From contig NW_027252668.1 of NCBI RefSeq assembly GCF_044704955.1, positions 3,162,001 through 3,226,000 on the forward strand: DNA of 64,000 nt, written 5' to 3'. The stretch's first letter is position 1. Each line of letters opens with the position of its first letter. The notes below the pieces were generated by a model that saw only the letters and a list, made by a program, of their open reading frames with translations, searched no databases and had not been told where the DNA came from. Made by a program: the position numbers and the translations under genes. This DNA is from Pristiophorus japonicus (lineage: Eukaryota). Below, piece after piece: positions 1-12,371 of this stretch.

Positions 1-182
1 TACTGAAAGTACCTCACAGCATCTCTTCTACCTCCAATATGTGAATAGAGCATCATGCCTGCAAACCTTGTATAAGTTTATATCCACTCAGCAAATCTAT
101 TTAAGAAAAGCCTGCCGACCGATGAGACACTGTTAAGGTGCCAGTGTGCTGCTGGTTTGCTCGGCAATTTGCCTGTAATGGA

Positions 183-725
183 CTCTGTATTTTGGTCTCT
201 GTATTTAAGGAAGGATATACTTGCATTAGAGGCTGTTCAGTGAAGGTTCACTAGGTTGATTCCAGAGATGAGGGGGTTGACTCATCAAGAAAGGTTGAGT
301 AGGTTGGGCCTATACAAATTGGAGTTCAGAAGAATGAGAGGTGATCTTATCAAAACATATAAGATGATGAGGGGGCTCAATAAGGTGGATGCAGAGAGGA
401 TATTTCCACTCATACGGGAAACTAAAACTAGGGGACATAGTCTTAGAATAAGGGGCCGCCCAATTAAAATTAAGGTGATGAATTTCTTCTCTGATGGGTG
501 TAAATCTATGGAATTCTCTGCCCAAGAGAGCTGTGGAGGCTGGGTCTTTGAATATATTTAAGGCAGAGATAGACAGATTTTTGAGTGATAAGGGAGTAAA
601 AGGTTATGGGGAGCGGGCAGGGAAGTGGAGCTGAGTCCATGATCAGATCAGCCATGGTCTTATTGAATGGCGGAGCAGGCCTGAGGGGCCAAATGGCCTA
701 CTCCTGCTCCTATTTCTTATGTTCT
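183..725 (+). mobile_element. CR1-type LINE, 3' fragment
   Basis: ORF 256-561 gives CR1 ORF2 C-terminal motifs (LEFRRMRGDLI, TRGHSLRI); ends in the recurrent tail gcctactcctgctcctatttcttatgttct. Confidence 0.9.
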
Positions 726-1203
726 AACTGAACATTTCTCCCAGTGTAACCTTGTCTGTAATGAAATGTGTCTTTTAATAAGCCTCAGATCCTTGTTCAT
801 GTCTGCTGTAGATTCCGGAGATGAGGGGGGTCGACTTATGACGATAGGTTGGGCCTATACACATTTGAGTTCAGAGGAATGAAGTGATCTTAGTGTGGCC
901 CTGAAGGAGTGTGTCCAGGCTGAAATTCTGTTCCCCCTGTATGATCCTCCCCCCAGATTGTCCTTTCTCAGCTCCAGCCAGGTGATGCTAAACATTCAGG
1001 TGGGAAAGACAAAAATCCACAGCAATGTGTTGAAAGCAACATTAATTTATGTGTCTATATATCAAATATTAAATTCCAGTCCAGCTACAGGAGTTATTAA
1101 TATCAGCGTTACAAGAGATATAAACCCCAACTGTCAGAATGAACACAATTCAGTCCAGGATGTGATTAACAGCAGCAATAACAGCAGAATCCAACCACTG
1201 CAG

Positions 1204-2385
1204 TCACTTGTGAACTCGCTGGTGGCTCAGCAGGTTGGATGATCGAATGAATCCCTTCCCACATTCAGAGCAGCTGAACGGCCTCTCCCCAGTGTGAATT
1301 CGCTGGTGTCTCAGCAGGTGGGCTGACCGAGTGAATCCCATCCCACATTCAGAGCAGCTGAACGGCCTCTCCCCTGTGTGAATTCGCTGGTGTCTCAGCA
1401 GGTGGTATGACAGAATGAATCCCTTCCCACACTCGGAGCAGGTAAACGGCCTCTCCCCAGCGTGAAGTCGCTGGTGTATCAGCAGGTGCTGTTTGCTTTT
1501 AAAACTCTTCTCACAGTCAGAACATTTAAAAGGCCTCTCCCCAGTGTGAACTCGCTGGTGTGTCAGCAGGGCGAATAACTGAGTGAATCCCTTCCCACAC
1601 TCGGAGCAGGTGAACGGCCTCTCCCCAGTGTGAACTCGCTGGTGTGTCAGGAGTTGCTGTTTGCTTTTAAAACTCTTCTTACAGTTAGAACATTTAAAAG
1701 TTCTCTCCTCAGTGTGAACTCGCTGGTGTCTCAGCAGGGCGAATAACTGAGTGAATCCCTTCCCACAGTCGGAGCAGGAGAACGGTCTTTCCCCAGTGTG
1801 AACTTGCTGGTGTATCAGCAGGCTGGATGACTGAGTGAATCTCTTCCCACACTCGGAGCAGGTGAACGGCCTCTCCCCAGTGTGAACTCGCTGGTGTGTC
1901 AGGAGTTGCTGTTTGCTTTTAAAACTCTTCTCACAGTCAGAACATTTAAAAGGTCTCTCCCCAGTGTGAACTCGCTGCTGTCTCAGCAGGCTGGATGACT
2001 GAGTGAATCCCTTCCCACAGTCGGAGCAGATGAATGGCCTCCCCCCAGTGGGAACTTGCTGGTGTGTCAGCAGGTGGGATGATGCAGTGAATCCCTTCCC
2101 ACAGTCGGAGCAGATGAACAGCCTCTCCCCAGTGGGAACTTGGTGTGTCAGCAGGTGGGATGATGCAGTGAGTCCCTTCCCACAGTCGGAGCAGGTAAAC
2201 GGCTGGTGCATTTTCAGCTGGGACGGGTAGTTGAATCGTTTCCCACAGTCCTCACATTTACATGGTTTCTCCCCAATGTGACTGCGCTTGTGTCTCTCCA
2301 GGTTGGATGATTGGCTGAAGCCTTGTCCACACACAGAGCACGTGTACCGTTTCTCCCCACTGTGAACGGTGCCTTCTGCTTCCAT
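1204..2385 (-). CDS. Tandem C2H2 zinc-finger protein, 14 finger units (10 intact), no KRAB/BTB seen in this exon
   Basis: Repeated CxxC-x12-HxxxH with TGERPF linkers; ATG at 2385 in accATGG context; open to the stop at 1204. Fingers 2-5 each lack one zinc-binding His. Confidence 0.93.
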   Translation of the reverse strand: MEAEGTVHSGEKRYTCSVCGQGFSQSSNLERHKRSHIGEKPCKCEDCGKRFNYPSQLKMHQPFTCSDCGKGLTASSHLLTHQVPTGERLFICSDCGKGFTASSHLLTHQQVPTGGRPFICSDCGKGFTQSSSLLRQQRVHTGERPFKCSDCEKSFKSKQQLLTHQRVHTGERPFTCSECGKRFTQSSSLLIHQQVHTGERPFSCSDCGKGFTQLFALLRHQRVHTEERTFKCSNCKKSFKSKQQLLTHQRVHTGERPFTCSECGKGFTQLFALLTHQRVHTGERPFKCSDCEKSFKSKQHLLIHQRLHAGERPFTCSECGKGFILSYHLLRHQRIHTGERPFSCSECGMGFTRSAHLLRHQRIHTGERPFSCSECGKGFIRSSNLLSHQRVHK

Positions 2386-2492
2386 GGTCAAAAGCTGATG
2401 ATATTCCGGTCCCGATGTATCGAGTGACTGTCAGATCTTGAAGTGATGTTTGGTTTGAGCTTCCAGTCTACAAATCCTCCCCTTTTAATACC

Positions 2493-2560
2493 CTATAAAG
2501 TGAATTTCAAACAGGAAAAAGGGAGTGTGAGAGAGAACCCACAAAAACACAAAGGCAGTT
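2493..2560 (-). promoter_or_regulatory. Splice acceptor of the ZNF coding exon
   Basis: Minus strand reads a pyrimidine-rich tract ...ctctctcacactccctttttcctgtttgaaattcactttatAG|ggtattaaaa, 107 nt upstream of the ATG. Confidence 0.7.
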
Positions 2561-2954
2561 TGTGAAATTGAGCTTGATGAATCTGGTCATTTGTGGGGCC
2601 AGCACTAGAAAAACGTGACAATGAAAGCTGCCGGATTGTCATAAAAACACATCTGGGTCACGACTGTCCTTCAGGGAAGGGAACCCACCTCCCATGACAG
2701 TCCCACATGGGAAATTGTTGGTCCCACTGGGCCCAGAAGTACTGGGGGTGAAACCCAGCAGCTTCTCCCTCCTCCCCACTCCAGCTCAAACTGATGCAAC
2801 GAACAGACCCACACAGGAGGTCAGGGAGAGACTTCCACATCCAGCGCCCTCCCTGATAGAGCGACTGGGAATTTCTGGGCCTGCTGCATAAATGCAAGTG
2901 GTGTGCGGGTGGCACTGCTCCCGGGGTTTGCTGGTGCCAAGCTTGGCGGCTCTG

Positions 2955-3040
2955 ACTCGGGGCCTGAGAGCTGCACTGGGTGTTACCCGGGGCCTGAGAG
3001 CTGCACTGGGTGTTACCTGGGGCCTGAGAGCCGCACTCGG
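2955..3040. repeat. 30-bp minisatellite, ~3 copies
   Basis: ggggcctgagagctgcactgggtgttacc(c/t) repeated. Confidence 0.85.
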
Positions 3041-4460
3041 TGAAAAAACAGGCAGACAAAAAGCAGGAAACTGTCGACCAATTAGCCTTACATCTGTTGT
3101 TGGGAGTCCATTATTAAAGAAGCAGTAGCAGGACATTTGGAAAAGCAAAATTCGGTCAGGCAGAGTCAGCAAGGATTAATGAAGGGGAAATTAAGTTTGA
3201 CAAATTTGCTGGAATTCTTTGAGCATGTAATGAACAGGGTGGATAAAGTGGATGTGGTGTAATTGGACATCCAGAAGGTATTTGACAAGGTGCCACATAA
3301 AAGGTTACTGCACAAGATAAAAGTTCACGGGGTTGGGGGTACTATATTAGCATGGATTGAGGATTGGCTAACTAACAGAAAACAGAGAGTCGGGATAAAT
3401 GGTTCATTCTGGGGTTGGCAATCAGTAACTAGTGGGGTGCCACAGGGATCAGTGCTGGGACCCCAACTATTTACAATCTATATTAACGACTTGGAAGAAG
3501 GGACTGAGTGTAACGTAGCCAAGTTTGCTGATGATATAAAGATGGGAGGAAAAGCAATGTGTGAGGAGGACACAAAGAATATGCAAAAGGACACAGTTAG
3601 GCTCAGTGAGTGGGCAAAAATTTGGCAGATGGAGTATAATGTTGGAAAGTGTGAGGTCATGCACTTTGGCAGAAAAAAAATCAAAGAGCAAGTTATTATT
3701 GAAATGGAGAAAGATTGTAAAGTGCTGCAGTACAGCGGGACCTGGGGGTACTTGTGCATGAAACACAAAAGGTTAGTATGCAGGTGAAGCAAGTGATCAG
3801 GAAGGCCAATGGAATCTTGAACTTTATTGCAAAGGGGCTGGAGTATAAAAGCAGGGAAGTCTTGCTACAGTTATACAGGTTACAGGTTATTGGTGAGGCC
3901 ACACCTGGAATACTGCGTGCAGTTTTGGTTTCCATATTTATGAAAGGATATAGTTGCTTTGGAGGCAGTTCAGAGAAGGTTCATTAGGTTGATTCCGGAG
4001 ATGAAGGGATTGACTTATGAGAAGAGGTTGGGCCTCTACTCATTGGAATTCAGAAGAATGAATGAGAGGTGATTTATCGAAATGTATAAGATTATGAGGG
4101 GGCTTGACAAGGTGGATGCAGAGAGAATGTTTTCACTGATAGGGGGGACTAGAACTAGGAGGCATAATCTTAGAATAAGGGGCTACCCATTTAAAACTGA
4201 GATGAGGAGGAATTTCTTCTCTCAGAGGGTTGTAAATCTGTGGAATTCGCTGCCTCAGAGAGCTGTGGAAGCCGGGACATTGAATATATTTAAGATCGAG
4301 ATAGACAGTTTATTAACCGATAAGGGAATAAGAGGTTATGGGGAGCAGGCATGGAATTGGACCTGAGTCCATGATCGGATCAGTCATGATCGTATTAAAT
4401 GGCGGAGCAGGCTCAAGGGGCCGTATGGCCTACTCCTGCTCCTATTTTTTATGTTCTTAT
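3041..4460 (+). mobile_element. CR1 LINE, 5'-truncated, frameshifted RT
   Basis: ORFs with D.QK.FDKVPH, GVPQGSVLGP, FADD; 3' tail at ~4370-4460. Confidence 0.92.
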
Positions 4461-4464
4461 TTTT

Positions 4465-7340
4465 TTATATTGTGGGTATCTGGTATATGAATGTGGGTTG
4501 ACTCTGTATCTGCCCATCTCTGGTATGTGGATGAGGGTTTTACTGTGTGTGTCAGTTTCTAATACGAGAGTGTGGGTTTTATCCTGTACCTATCAATTTC
4601 TGGTAATTGCCTGTGGGTTTCATTCTGTATCTTTCCATTCCTGGTGTGTGAGTGTGTGTGTTTTGTGCTCTCTGTCCATCTCTGTTATGTGAATGTGAGC
4701 TCTCCTTCATACCCGTCATTCTCCAGTATGTTAGTATTGTTTTACTATGTACCACCAATTACTGATAGAGTATTCGTTTTACTTTCTGTCAATTTTTGTT
4801 ATGGAGGTGAGTGTTTATGCTGAATCTGTCAGTCTCTGGTAAATGAGTCTGAGTTTCACTCTGCATCTATCTGTCTCTGGTATGTGAGTGTGGGCCTTTC
4901 TCTGTATCTCTCCATTTCTGTTATGGGAGTCTGGGTTTTACATAGAAACATAGAAAATAGGTGCAGGAGTAGGCCATTCGGCCCTTCTAGCCTGCACCGC
5001 CATTCAATGAGTTCATGGCTGAACATGCAACTTCAGTACCCCATTCCTGCTTTCTCACCATACCCCTTGATCCCCCTAGTCGTAAGGACTTCATCTAACT
5101 CCTTTTTGAATATATTGAATGAATTGGCCTCAACAACTTTCTGTGGTAGAGAATTCCACAGGTTCACCACTCTCTGGGTGAAGAAATTCCTCCTCATCTC
5201 GGTCCTAAATGGCTCAGCCCTTATCCTTAAGACTGTGTCCCCTGGTTGTGGACTTCCCCAACATTGGAAACATTCTTCCTGCATCTAACCTGTCTAACCC
5301 CGTCAGAATTTTTAACGTTTCTATGAGGTCCCCTCTCATTCTTCTTAACTCCTGTGAATACAAGCCCAGTTGATCCAGTCTTTCTTGATAGGTCAGTCCC
5401 GCCATCCCGGGAATCAGTCTGGTGAACCTTTGCTGCACTCCCGCAATAGCAAGAATGTCCTTCCTCAGGTTAGGAGACCAAAACTGTACACAATACTCCA
5501 GGTGTGGCCTCACCAAGGCCCTGTACAAATGTAGCAACACCTCCCTGCCCCTGTACTCAAATCCCCTCGCTATGAAGGCCAACATGCCATTTGCTTTCTT
5601 AACCGCCTGCTGTACCTGCATGCCAACCTTCAATGACTGATGTACCATGACACCCAGGTCTCGTTGCACCTCCCCTTTTCCTAATCTGTCACCATTCAGA
5701 TAATAGTCTGTCTCTCTGTTTTTACCACCAAAGTGGATAACCTCACATTTATCCACATTATACTTCACCTGCCATGCATTTGCCCACTCACCTAACCTAT
5801 CCAAGTCGCTCTGCAGCCTCATAGCATCCTCCTCGCAGCTCACACTGCCACCCAACTTAGTATCATCCGCAAATTTGGAGATACTACATTTAATCCCCTC
5901 GTCTAAATCATTAATGTACAGTGTAAACAGCTGGGGCCCCAGCACAGAACCATGCGGTACCCCACTAGTCACTGCCTGCCATTCTGAAAAGTCCCCATTT
6001 ACTCCTACTCTTTGCTTCCTGTCTGACAACCAGTTCTCAATCCATGTCAGCACACTACCCCCAATCCCATGTGCTTTAACTTTGCACATTAATTTCTTGT
6101 GTGGGACTTTGTCGAACGCCTTCTGAAAGTCCAAATATACAACATCAACTGGTTCTCCCTTGTCCACTCTACTGGAAACATCCTCAAAAAATTCCAGAAG
6201 ATTTGTCAAGCATGATTTCCCTTTCACAAATCCATGTTGACTTGGACCTATCATGTCACCTCTTTCCAAATGCACTGCTATGACATCCTTAATAATTGAT
6301 TCCATCATTTTACCCACTACCGATGTCAGGCTGATCGGTCTATAATTCCCTGTTATCTCTCTCCCTCCTTTTTTTAAAAGTGGGGTTACATTGGCTACCC
6401 TCCACTCCATAGGAACTGATCCAGAGTCAATGGAATGTTGGAAAATGACTGTCAATGCATCCACTATTTCCAAGGCCACCTCCTTAAGTACTCTGGGATG
6501 CAGTCCATCAGGCCCTGGGGATTTATCGGCTTTCAATCCCATCAATTTCCCCAACACAATTTCCCCACTAATAAGGATTTCCCTCGGTTCCTCCTCCTTA
6601 CTAGACCCTCCGACCCCTTTTATATCCGGAAGGTATTCTGTACCTGTCAAGTTCTGATATGTGATTGTGGGCCTTACTGTATACCTGCCAGTTTCTGCTT
6701 AATTGAGAGTGGGCTTTTCTTTGTACCTGTCAGTTTCTGGTATGGAAGAGATGTCTTTACTCTGTACCTGTCAAGTACTGACAAGTGAGTATGGCATTTC
6801 ACTGTGTCTGTCAATTTATGTTATGGGAATGTGGATTTTAATATGTCAGCCTCTGATATGTGAGTGTGGGTTTTATACTGTATCCTCAGTCTCTGATGTG
6901 CGAGTGTGTGTATTATTCTGTACCCGTCAGGTTTTGGTATGTGTGTTGAGGTTTAATCTGTGCCTCTAAGTTTCTGCTATGTTGGTCTGGGTTTAATCTG
7001 TACCTATTTGTTTCTGCTACTTGATTGTGTGTTTTAGTCTGTACCTGTCAGTTTCTGCTGTGAGAGTGTGGAATTTACTCTGTATTTGGTATGTGAACGT
7101 GAGGATCAATTTTACTTTTTAACCTGTATTTCTGATATGGGAGTGAAGATTTTGCCTTCTACCTGTCATTTTTCTGGTGTGTGCATGTGGGTTTTACTCT
7201 GCCCCTATCGGTTTCTGCGATGCAAGTACCAATTTTACTTACTGCCTTTCAGTTTTTGGATATGTGCACATGGGATTTACACTTTACCTGTCACTCTCTG
7301 GTGTGCAAGTGCGGATTTTATTCTGTTACTGTCACTTTCA

Positions 7341-7373
<33 letters not shown>

Positions 7374-7630
7374 TGTATACTGTATCTGTCAGTCTATGGT
7401 ACAGGAATGTGGGTTTTATTCTGCACCTGTCATCTTCTGGTATGTTCTGGGGGTTAAATACTGAATCCGTCAGATTCTGAAACTTGAATATGGCTTTTGC
7501 TCTGTACCCATCAGCTTGTGATATGAGAGTACGATTTATACTATCTATTTGTTATTTGTTCCGATAGGGGTTTTATTCTCTACCTACCAGTTTCTGGCAA
7601 GTGAGTGTGGGTGTTTAATGTACCTGCCAG
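4465..7630. repeat. Degenerate ~41-bp tandem array, interrupted by a CR1 at 4941-6632; includes (TG)n at ~7344-7372
   Basis: Recurrent gtatgtgagtgtgggttttactctgtacctgtcagtttctg-like units. Confidence 0.75.
4941..6632 (-). mobile_element. CR1 LINE, young subfamily, 5'-truncated
   Basis: 478-aa RT ORF 5214-6650; tail catagaaacatagaaaataggtgcagg at 4941. Confidence 0.95.
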
Positions 7631-8440
7631 TGTGATCGGTTTCAATGGTGAAACAGCATCTGATTCTACTGCTCCATGTGGCTGTAAGATTCACAATGTA
7701 ACTCTGCCACTTCGGATCACTGTGGGACTGACTGATTCCGCTGCCTGTGATAATAGGATTAGAGGCCAGTTCTGTGTCCCTACGCTCTGTGAGTGATAAT
7801 GTACTTACTGTGTGGGAGAAGGAGCTGCCTGAACTGTTCCTCGTGTTCCGGGTGGAGGAAAGCTCTCATTTGTTCTGGCTGGTTGAAGAATATTGCTCTG
7901 AGAATAATCATACAAGAACAATATTAGTCACAAGATGCAGGTGAAGATTATGATGGATCTGAGAGAGCAACAATGTATCTCTCGATCACCAGCAGTCAAT
8001 GGAGAAGTCAATGCACCAGACAATATAAACAGTTTTAAAATATTTTCTCCCACACTCCTCTCCTGCAATAGATGCACTTTGTGAAACTCCTCACATCCTC
8101 ACTGCCAGGTTATGTTTCCACTGTTCACTGTCCAAGAACAACAGACACGGTGAGATTGGAACTGAATCAGGAACATTCACTACTGATTTGGGGAAAGAAA
8201 GCAGCAACGATTTGAAAGAGCGAGGTGATTTACGTTCTCTGTTATCTTACACTGTCCACACACAGCCCGAGAATGGCCTCTCCCTTCCCCCACTCACACC
8301 ACGCACTGACACTGGTTCTTGCTTCACTCCGCCCCTTACACACAGCCCCCGGACTCAGTGCCGGTCTCTGAGCCCATCTGCGGACACGCTCCCAAAGCGC
8401 TGCGCTGCGCTGCTGTAAGGAGGCTGCTGCTCGCTGCCTT

Positions 8441-8650
8441 ACCCCGGGGCCGCGGGCTTTCCATTTCCGGCTGTTTGAAACCATCTTCTTCCGCTCACTG
8501 AGTGAATGGTGATCACAGGCAGGACTTGGGGAGGGGAGGGCGCATGCGCTCTTCTGCTCACTGGGACTCGACACAGGGGGTGGGGCTGAGCCGCGCATGC
8601 GCAGCTCTCTGCAATAATTCAGCCTGTAAAAATCAAAGTGCACTTTTCCC
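8441..8650 (-). promoter_or_regulatory. CpG-rich promoter and first exon with splice donor (copy A), probable ZNF promoter
   Basis: GCGCATGCGC (NRF1-type) at 8540-8549 and 8593-8602, GC boxes, minus-strand GCGGAAGAAGATGG (ETS/YY1-like), donor GGG|GTAAGG with GT at 8442-8441; same strand as and upstream of the ZNF exon. Confidence 0.7.
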
Positions 8651-8775
8651 AATTTACTTTTATCAGAATCTGAACAAAGGAACTGGGCCTGGGGGGAAAG
8701 GACAGAGAATGATTAAAGCTGGGAGCCTTGTCCCTTGGAAATGCTCAATTTGGGATCATTCCGTGCAGGGTGTTT

Positions 8776-9518
8776 ACATAACAAGAATTAGGAACATGAG
8801 TGGGCCATCTAGCCCCTCGAGCCTGTTCCGCCATTCAAAAAGATCATGGCTGATCTGGCCGTGGACTCAGCTCCACTTACCCGCCCGCTCCCCATAACCC
8901 TTAATTCCCTTATTGGTTAAAAATCTATCTATCTGTGATTTGAATACATTCAATGAGCTAGTCTCAACTGCTTCCTTCAGAGAATTCCACAGATTCACAA
9001 CCCTCTGGGAGAAGAAATTCCTTCTCAACTCAGCTTTAAATTGTCTCCCCCATATTTTGATGCTGTGCCCCCTAGATCTAGTCTCCCTGACCAGTGGAAA
9101 CAACCTCGATCTTGTCTATCCCTTTCATTATTTTAAATGTTTCTATAAGATCACCCCTCATCCTTCTGAACTCCAACGAGTAAAGACCCAGTCTACTCAA
9201 TCTATCATCATAAGGTAACCCCCTCATCTCCAGAATCAGCCTAGTGAATCATCTCTGTACCCTCTCCAAGGCTAGTATATCCTTCCTTAAGTAAGGTGAC
9301 CATAACTGCACGCAGTACTCCAGGTGCGGCCTCACCAATACCCTATACAGTTGCAGCAGGACCTCCCTGCTTTTGTATTCCATCCCTCTCGCAATGAAGG
9401 CCAACATTCCATTCGCCTTCCTGATTACCTGCTGCACCTCCAAACTAATTTTTGGGATTCATGCACAAGGACCCCCAGGTCCCTCTGCACCGCAGCATGT
9501 TGTAATTTCTCCCCATTC
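8776..9518 (-). mobile_element. CR1 3' fragment present only in copy A
   Basis: ORFs 8867-9103 and 9249-9443 (RPHLEYCVQ.WSP); flanks are close together in copies B and C. Confidence 0.88.
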
Positions 9519-9634
9519 AGCCGTCTTCACAAAGCAATCCTGCAAAAACATCGGAGGGATGAGGGAGTGGGAGTTTTTGCTGGGACCGCGCAGGAGTTAA
9601 TATCTGACAGAAATAGTTCGAGATTAGTTTAGTT

Positions 9635-9893
9635 AGAGAAACTTCTTCACCCAGAGAGTAGTGAACCTGTGGAATTCTCCACCACAGAAAGTTGTTGAGG
9701 CCAATTCACTAAATATATTCAAAAAGGAGTTAGATGAAGTCCTTACTACTAGGGGGATCAAGGGGTATGGCGAGAAAGCAGGAATGGGGTACTGAAGTTG
9801 CATGTTCAGCCATGAACTCATTGAATGGCGGTGCAGGCTGGAGGGGCTGAATGGCCTGCTCCTGCACCTATTTTCTATGTTTCTATGTTTCTA
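9635..9893 (+). mobile_element. Short CR1 3' end, young subfamily
   Basis: Matches the 3' ~260 nt of the 13744-15560 element; ends in (tttctatg)n. Confidence 0.88.
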
Positions 9894-9919
9894 TTAGAGT
9901 CAAACACTCGGTCACTGAG

Positions 9920-11915
9920 AGTAATATCGAAGTGGATAATTAAGAGGTTATATGTAGGGAGGAACTTATTACAATCACTATCACGAATGAAGTAGTACTC
10001 GGTGAAATAATGGGATGAAAGACGGACAAGTCACCTGGAATTGATGGCTTACATCCTGTGGTCTTATGAAATGTGGCTGTAGAGATAGTGGATGCATTGT
10101 TTGTAATCTACCAAAATTCCCTGGATTCTGGGGTGGTCCCAGCAGATTGGAAAACTGCAAATGTAACACCCTTATTTAAAAAAGGAGGCAGACAAAAAGC
10201 AGGAAACTATCACCCAGTTAACCTAACATCTATCATTGGGAAAATGCTGGAGTCCATTATTAAGGAAGCAGTAGCAGGACATTTGGAAAAGCATGATTCA
10301 ATCAAGCAGAGTCAGCATGGTTTTATGAAAGGGAAATCATGTTTGACAAATTTGCTGGAGTTCTTTGAGGATGTAACGAGCAGGGTGGATAAGGGGGAAC
10401 CAGTGGATGTGGTGTATTTGGATTTTCAGAAGGCATTCGATAAAGTGCCACATAAGAGGTTACTGCACAAGATAAAAGCTCACGGGATTGGGAATAATAT
10501 ATGCTTGGATAGAGGATTGACTAACGAACAGAAAACAGAGAGTCGAGATAAATGGGTCATTTTCCGGTTGGCAAACAGTAACTAGTGGGGCGTCGCAGGG
10601 ATTGGTGCTGGGTACTCAACTATTTACAATCAATATTAATGACCTGGATGACGGGATCGAGTTTAATTTAGCCAAGTTCGCCGATGATACAAAGATGGGT
10701 GGGAAAGCAAATTGTGAGGAAGACACAAAAAATCTGCAAAGGAATATAGACAGGCTAAGTGAGTGAACATAAATGTGGCCCATAAGAACATAAGAAATAG
10801 GAGCAGGAGTAGGCCATATAGTCCCTCGAGCCTGGTCCGCCATTTAGTGTGATCATGGCTAATCCGATCATGGACTCAGGTCCACTTCCAGATGGAGTAT
10901 AATGTGGGAAAATGTGAGGTTATCCACTTTGGCAGAAATAATAGAAAAGCAAATTATAATTTAAATAAAGAAAAATTACAAAGTGCAGCAGTACAAAGCG
11001 ATCTGGGGATCCTTGTGCATGAAACACAAAAAGTTTGCATGCAGGTACAGCAAGTAATCAGGAAGGCAAATGGAATGTTGGCCTTTATTGCAAGGGGGAT
11101 AGAGTATAAAAACAGAGAAGTCCTGCTACAACTGTACAGGGTATTGGTGAGGCCACATCTGGAGTACTGTGTACAGTTTTGGTCTCCGTATTTAAGGAAG
11201 GATACACTTGCATTGGAAGCTGTTCAGAGAAGGTTCACTCAGTTGATTCCGAAGATGAGGCAATTGACTTATGAGGATAGGTTTGAGTAGATTGGGCCTA
11301 AAAACATTGGAGTTCAGAAGAATGAGAGGTGATCTTATTGAAACTTATAAGATAATGAGGGGACTTGACAAGGTGGATACAGAGAGGATATTTCCACTCA
11401 TGGGGGCAACTAAAACTTGAGGACATAATCTTAGAATTAGGGGCTGCCCATTTAAAACTGGGAAGAGGAGGAATTTCTTCTCTCAGAGGGTTGTAAATCT
11501 ATGGAATTTTCTGTGCCAGAGAGCTGTGGCGCCTGGGTCATTGAATATATTTAAGGCGGAGATAGTCAGATTTTTGAGCGATAATGGAGTAAAGGTGTGT
11601 GTGTGGAGAGAGTCAGACTGAACACTGTGAGCTCAAAGTAAAGTGTGACCTTTGTCTTTGATTGCAGGTCTCCAGAGTGCCTCTCCAACCTGGGAAGCCT
11701 CCTTAAATACCTGTGCTCCCAAAGAATTATGGGATCCTTGGGACTCCAGGGGATGAGCCCTCTGGTAGCTGTACAGAGTAAATACAAGTATACAGATATC
11801 ACAAAAGGGTTATGCGGAGCGGGCAGGGAAGTGGAGCTGAGTCCATGATCAGATCAGCCATGATTTTATTGAATGGCAGAGCATGCTTGAGGGATCAAAT
11901 GGCCTACTCCTGCTC
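9920..11915 (+). mobile_element. Older CR1 (copy A) with nested antisense CR1 tail at ~10782-10890 and a solo LTR
   Basis: RT ORFs 10073-10585 and 10892-11290; the same nested tail occurs at ~27297-27407 and ~53058-53176. Confidence 0.9.
11596..11803. mobile_element. Solo LTR, 208 bp, 5-bp TSD AAAGG
   Basis: TG...CA termini; AAAGG at 11591-11595 and 11804-11808; empty site in paralogs at ~28105 and ~53865. Confidence 0.85.
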
Positions 11916-12371
11916 TGATCACAGCCAAGCAAGTGATAAATGTGGGACACTGTTTCTCTCACTCTCTGACACTGTCCCGCAGTGTGGGATTCACAATGTG
12001 TCTGTCTCTGGTACAATATAGTGAGAGAGGAGACTTCATCTTCTGCCTCTCCAGAATAAAACGGGACCTCACAGGTCATTCTGGAACTGATACTGTGCAT
12101 GTCTTTCTGTGTCTCACTGCCCTACCTCGCACTCTCCTGTCTCTCGCTCAGACCTCTCCTCTCTCTCTGCTGATATCCGCTCTCTCTTGTACTGGTTGTG
12201 AAGGCGGGATACTGTTATTTAGCGTGATGTGGAAACACTCTTGGAAGTGCAAGACGGATAATGTCTCTGTTTCTCTCTCTGGTGCAATACGTGAAGGTGT
12301 GGCACTGTTACTGAGCGTATTATGGAGACACTGATACAAAGTGTAAAACTGATACTGCATCTGTCTGTGTC

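Noticed and set aside
2620-2690. Possible short SINE fragment in the ZNF intron
   Set aside because: Resembles a shark repeat from memory but is too short to support without a search.
8242-8652. Conserved ORF repeated at 25852-26208 and 51750-51986
   Set aside because: Similarity reflects DNA duplication; frames and ends differ between copies and the ORF crosses a promoter and splice donor.
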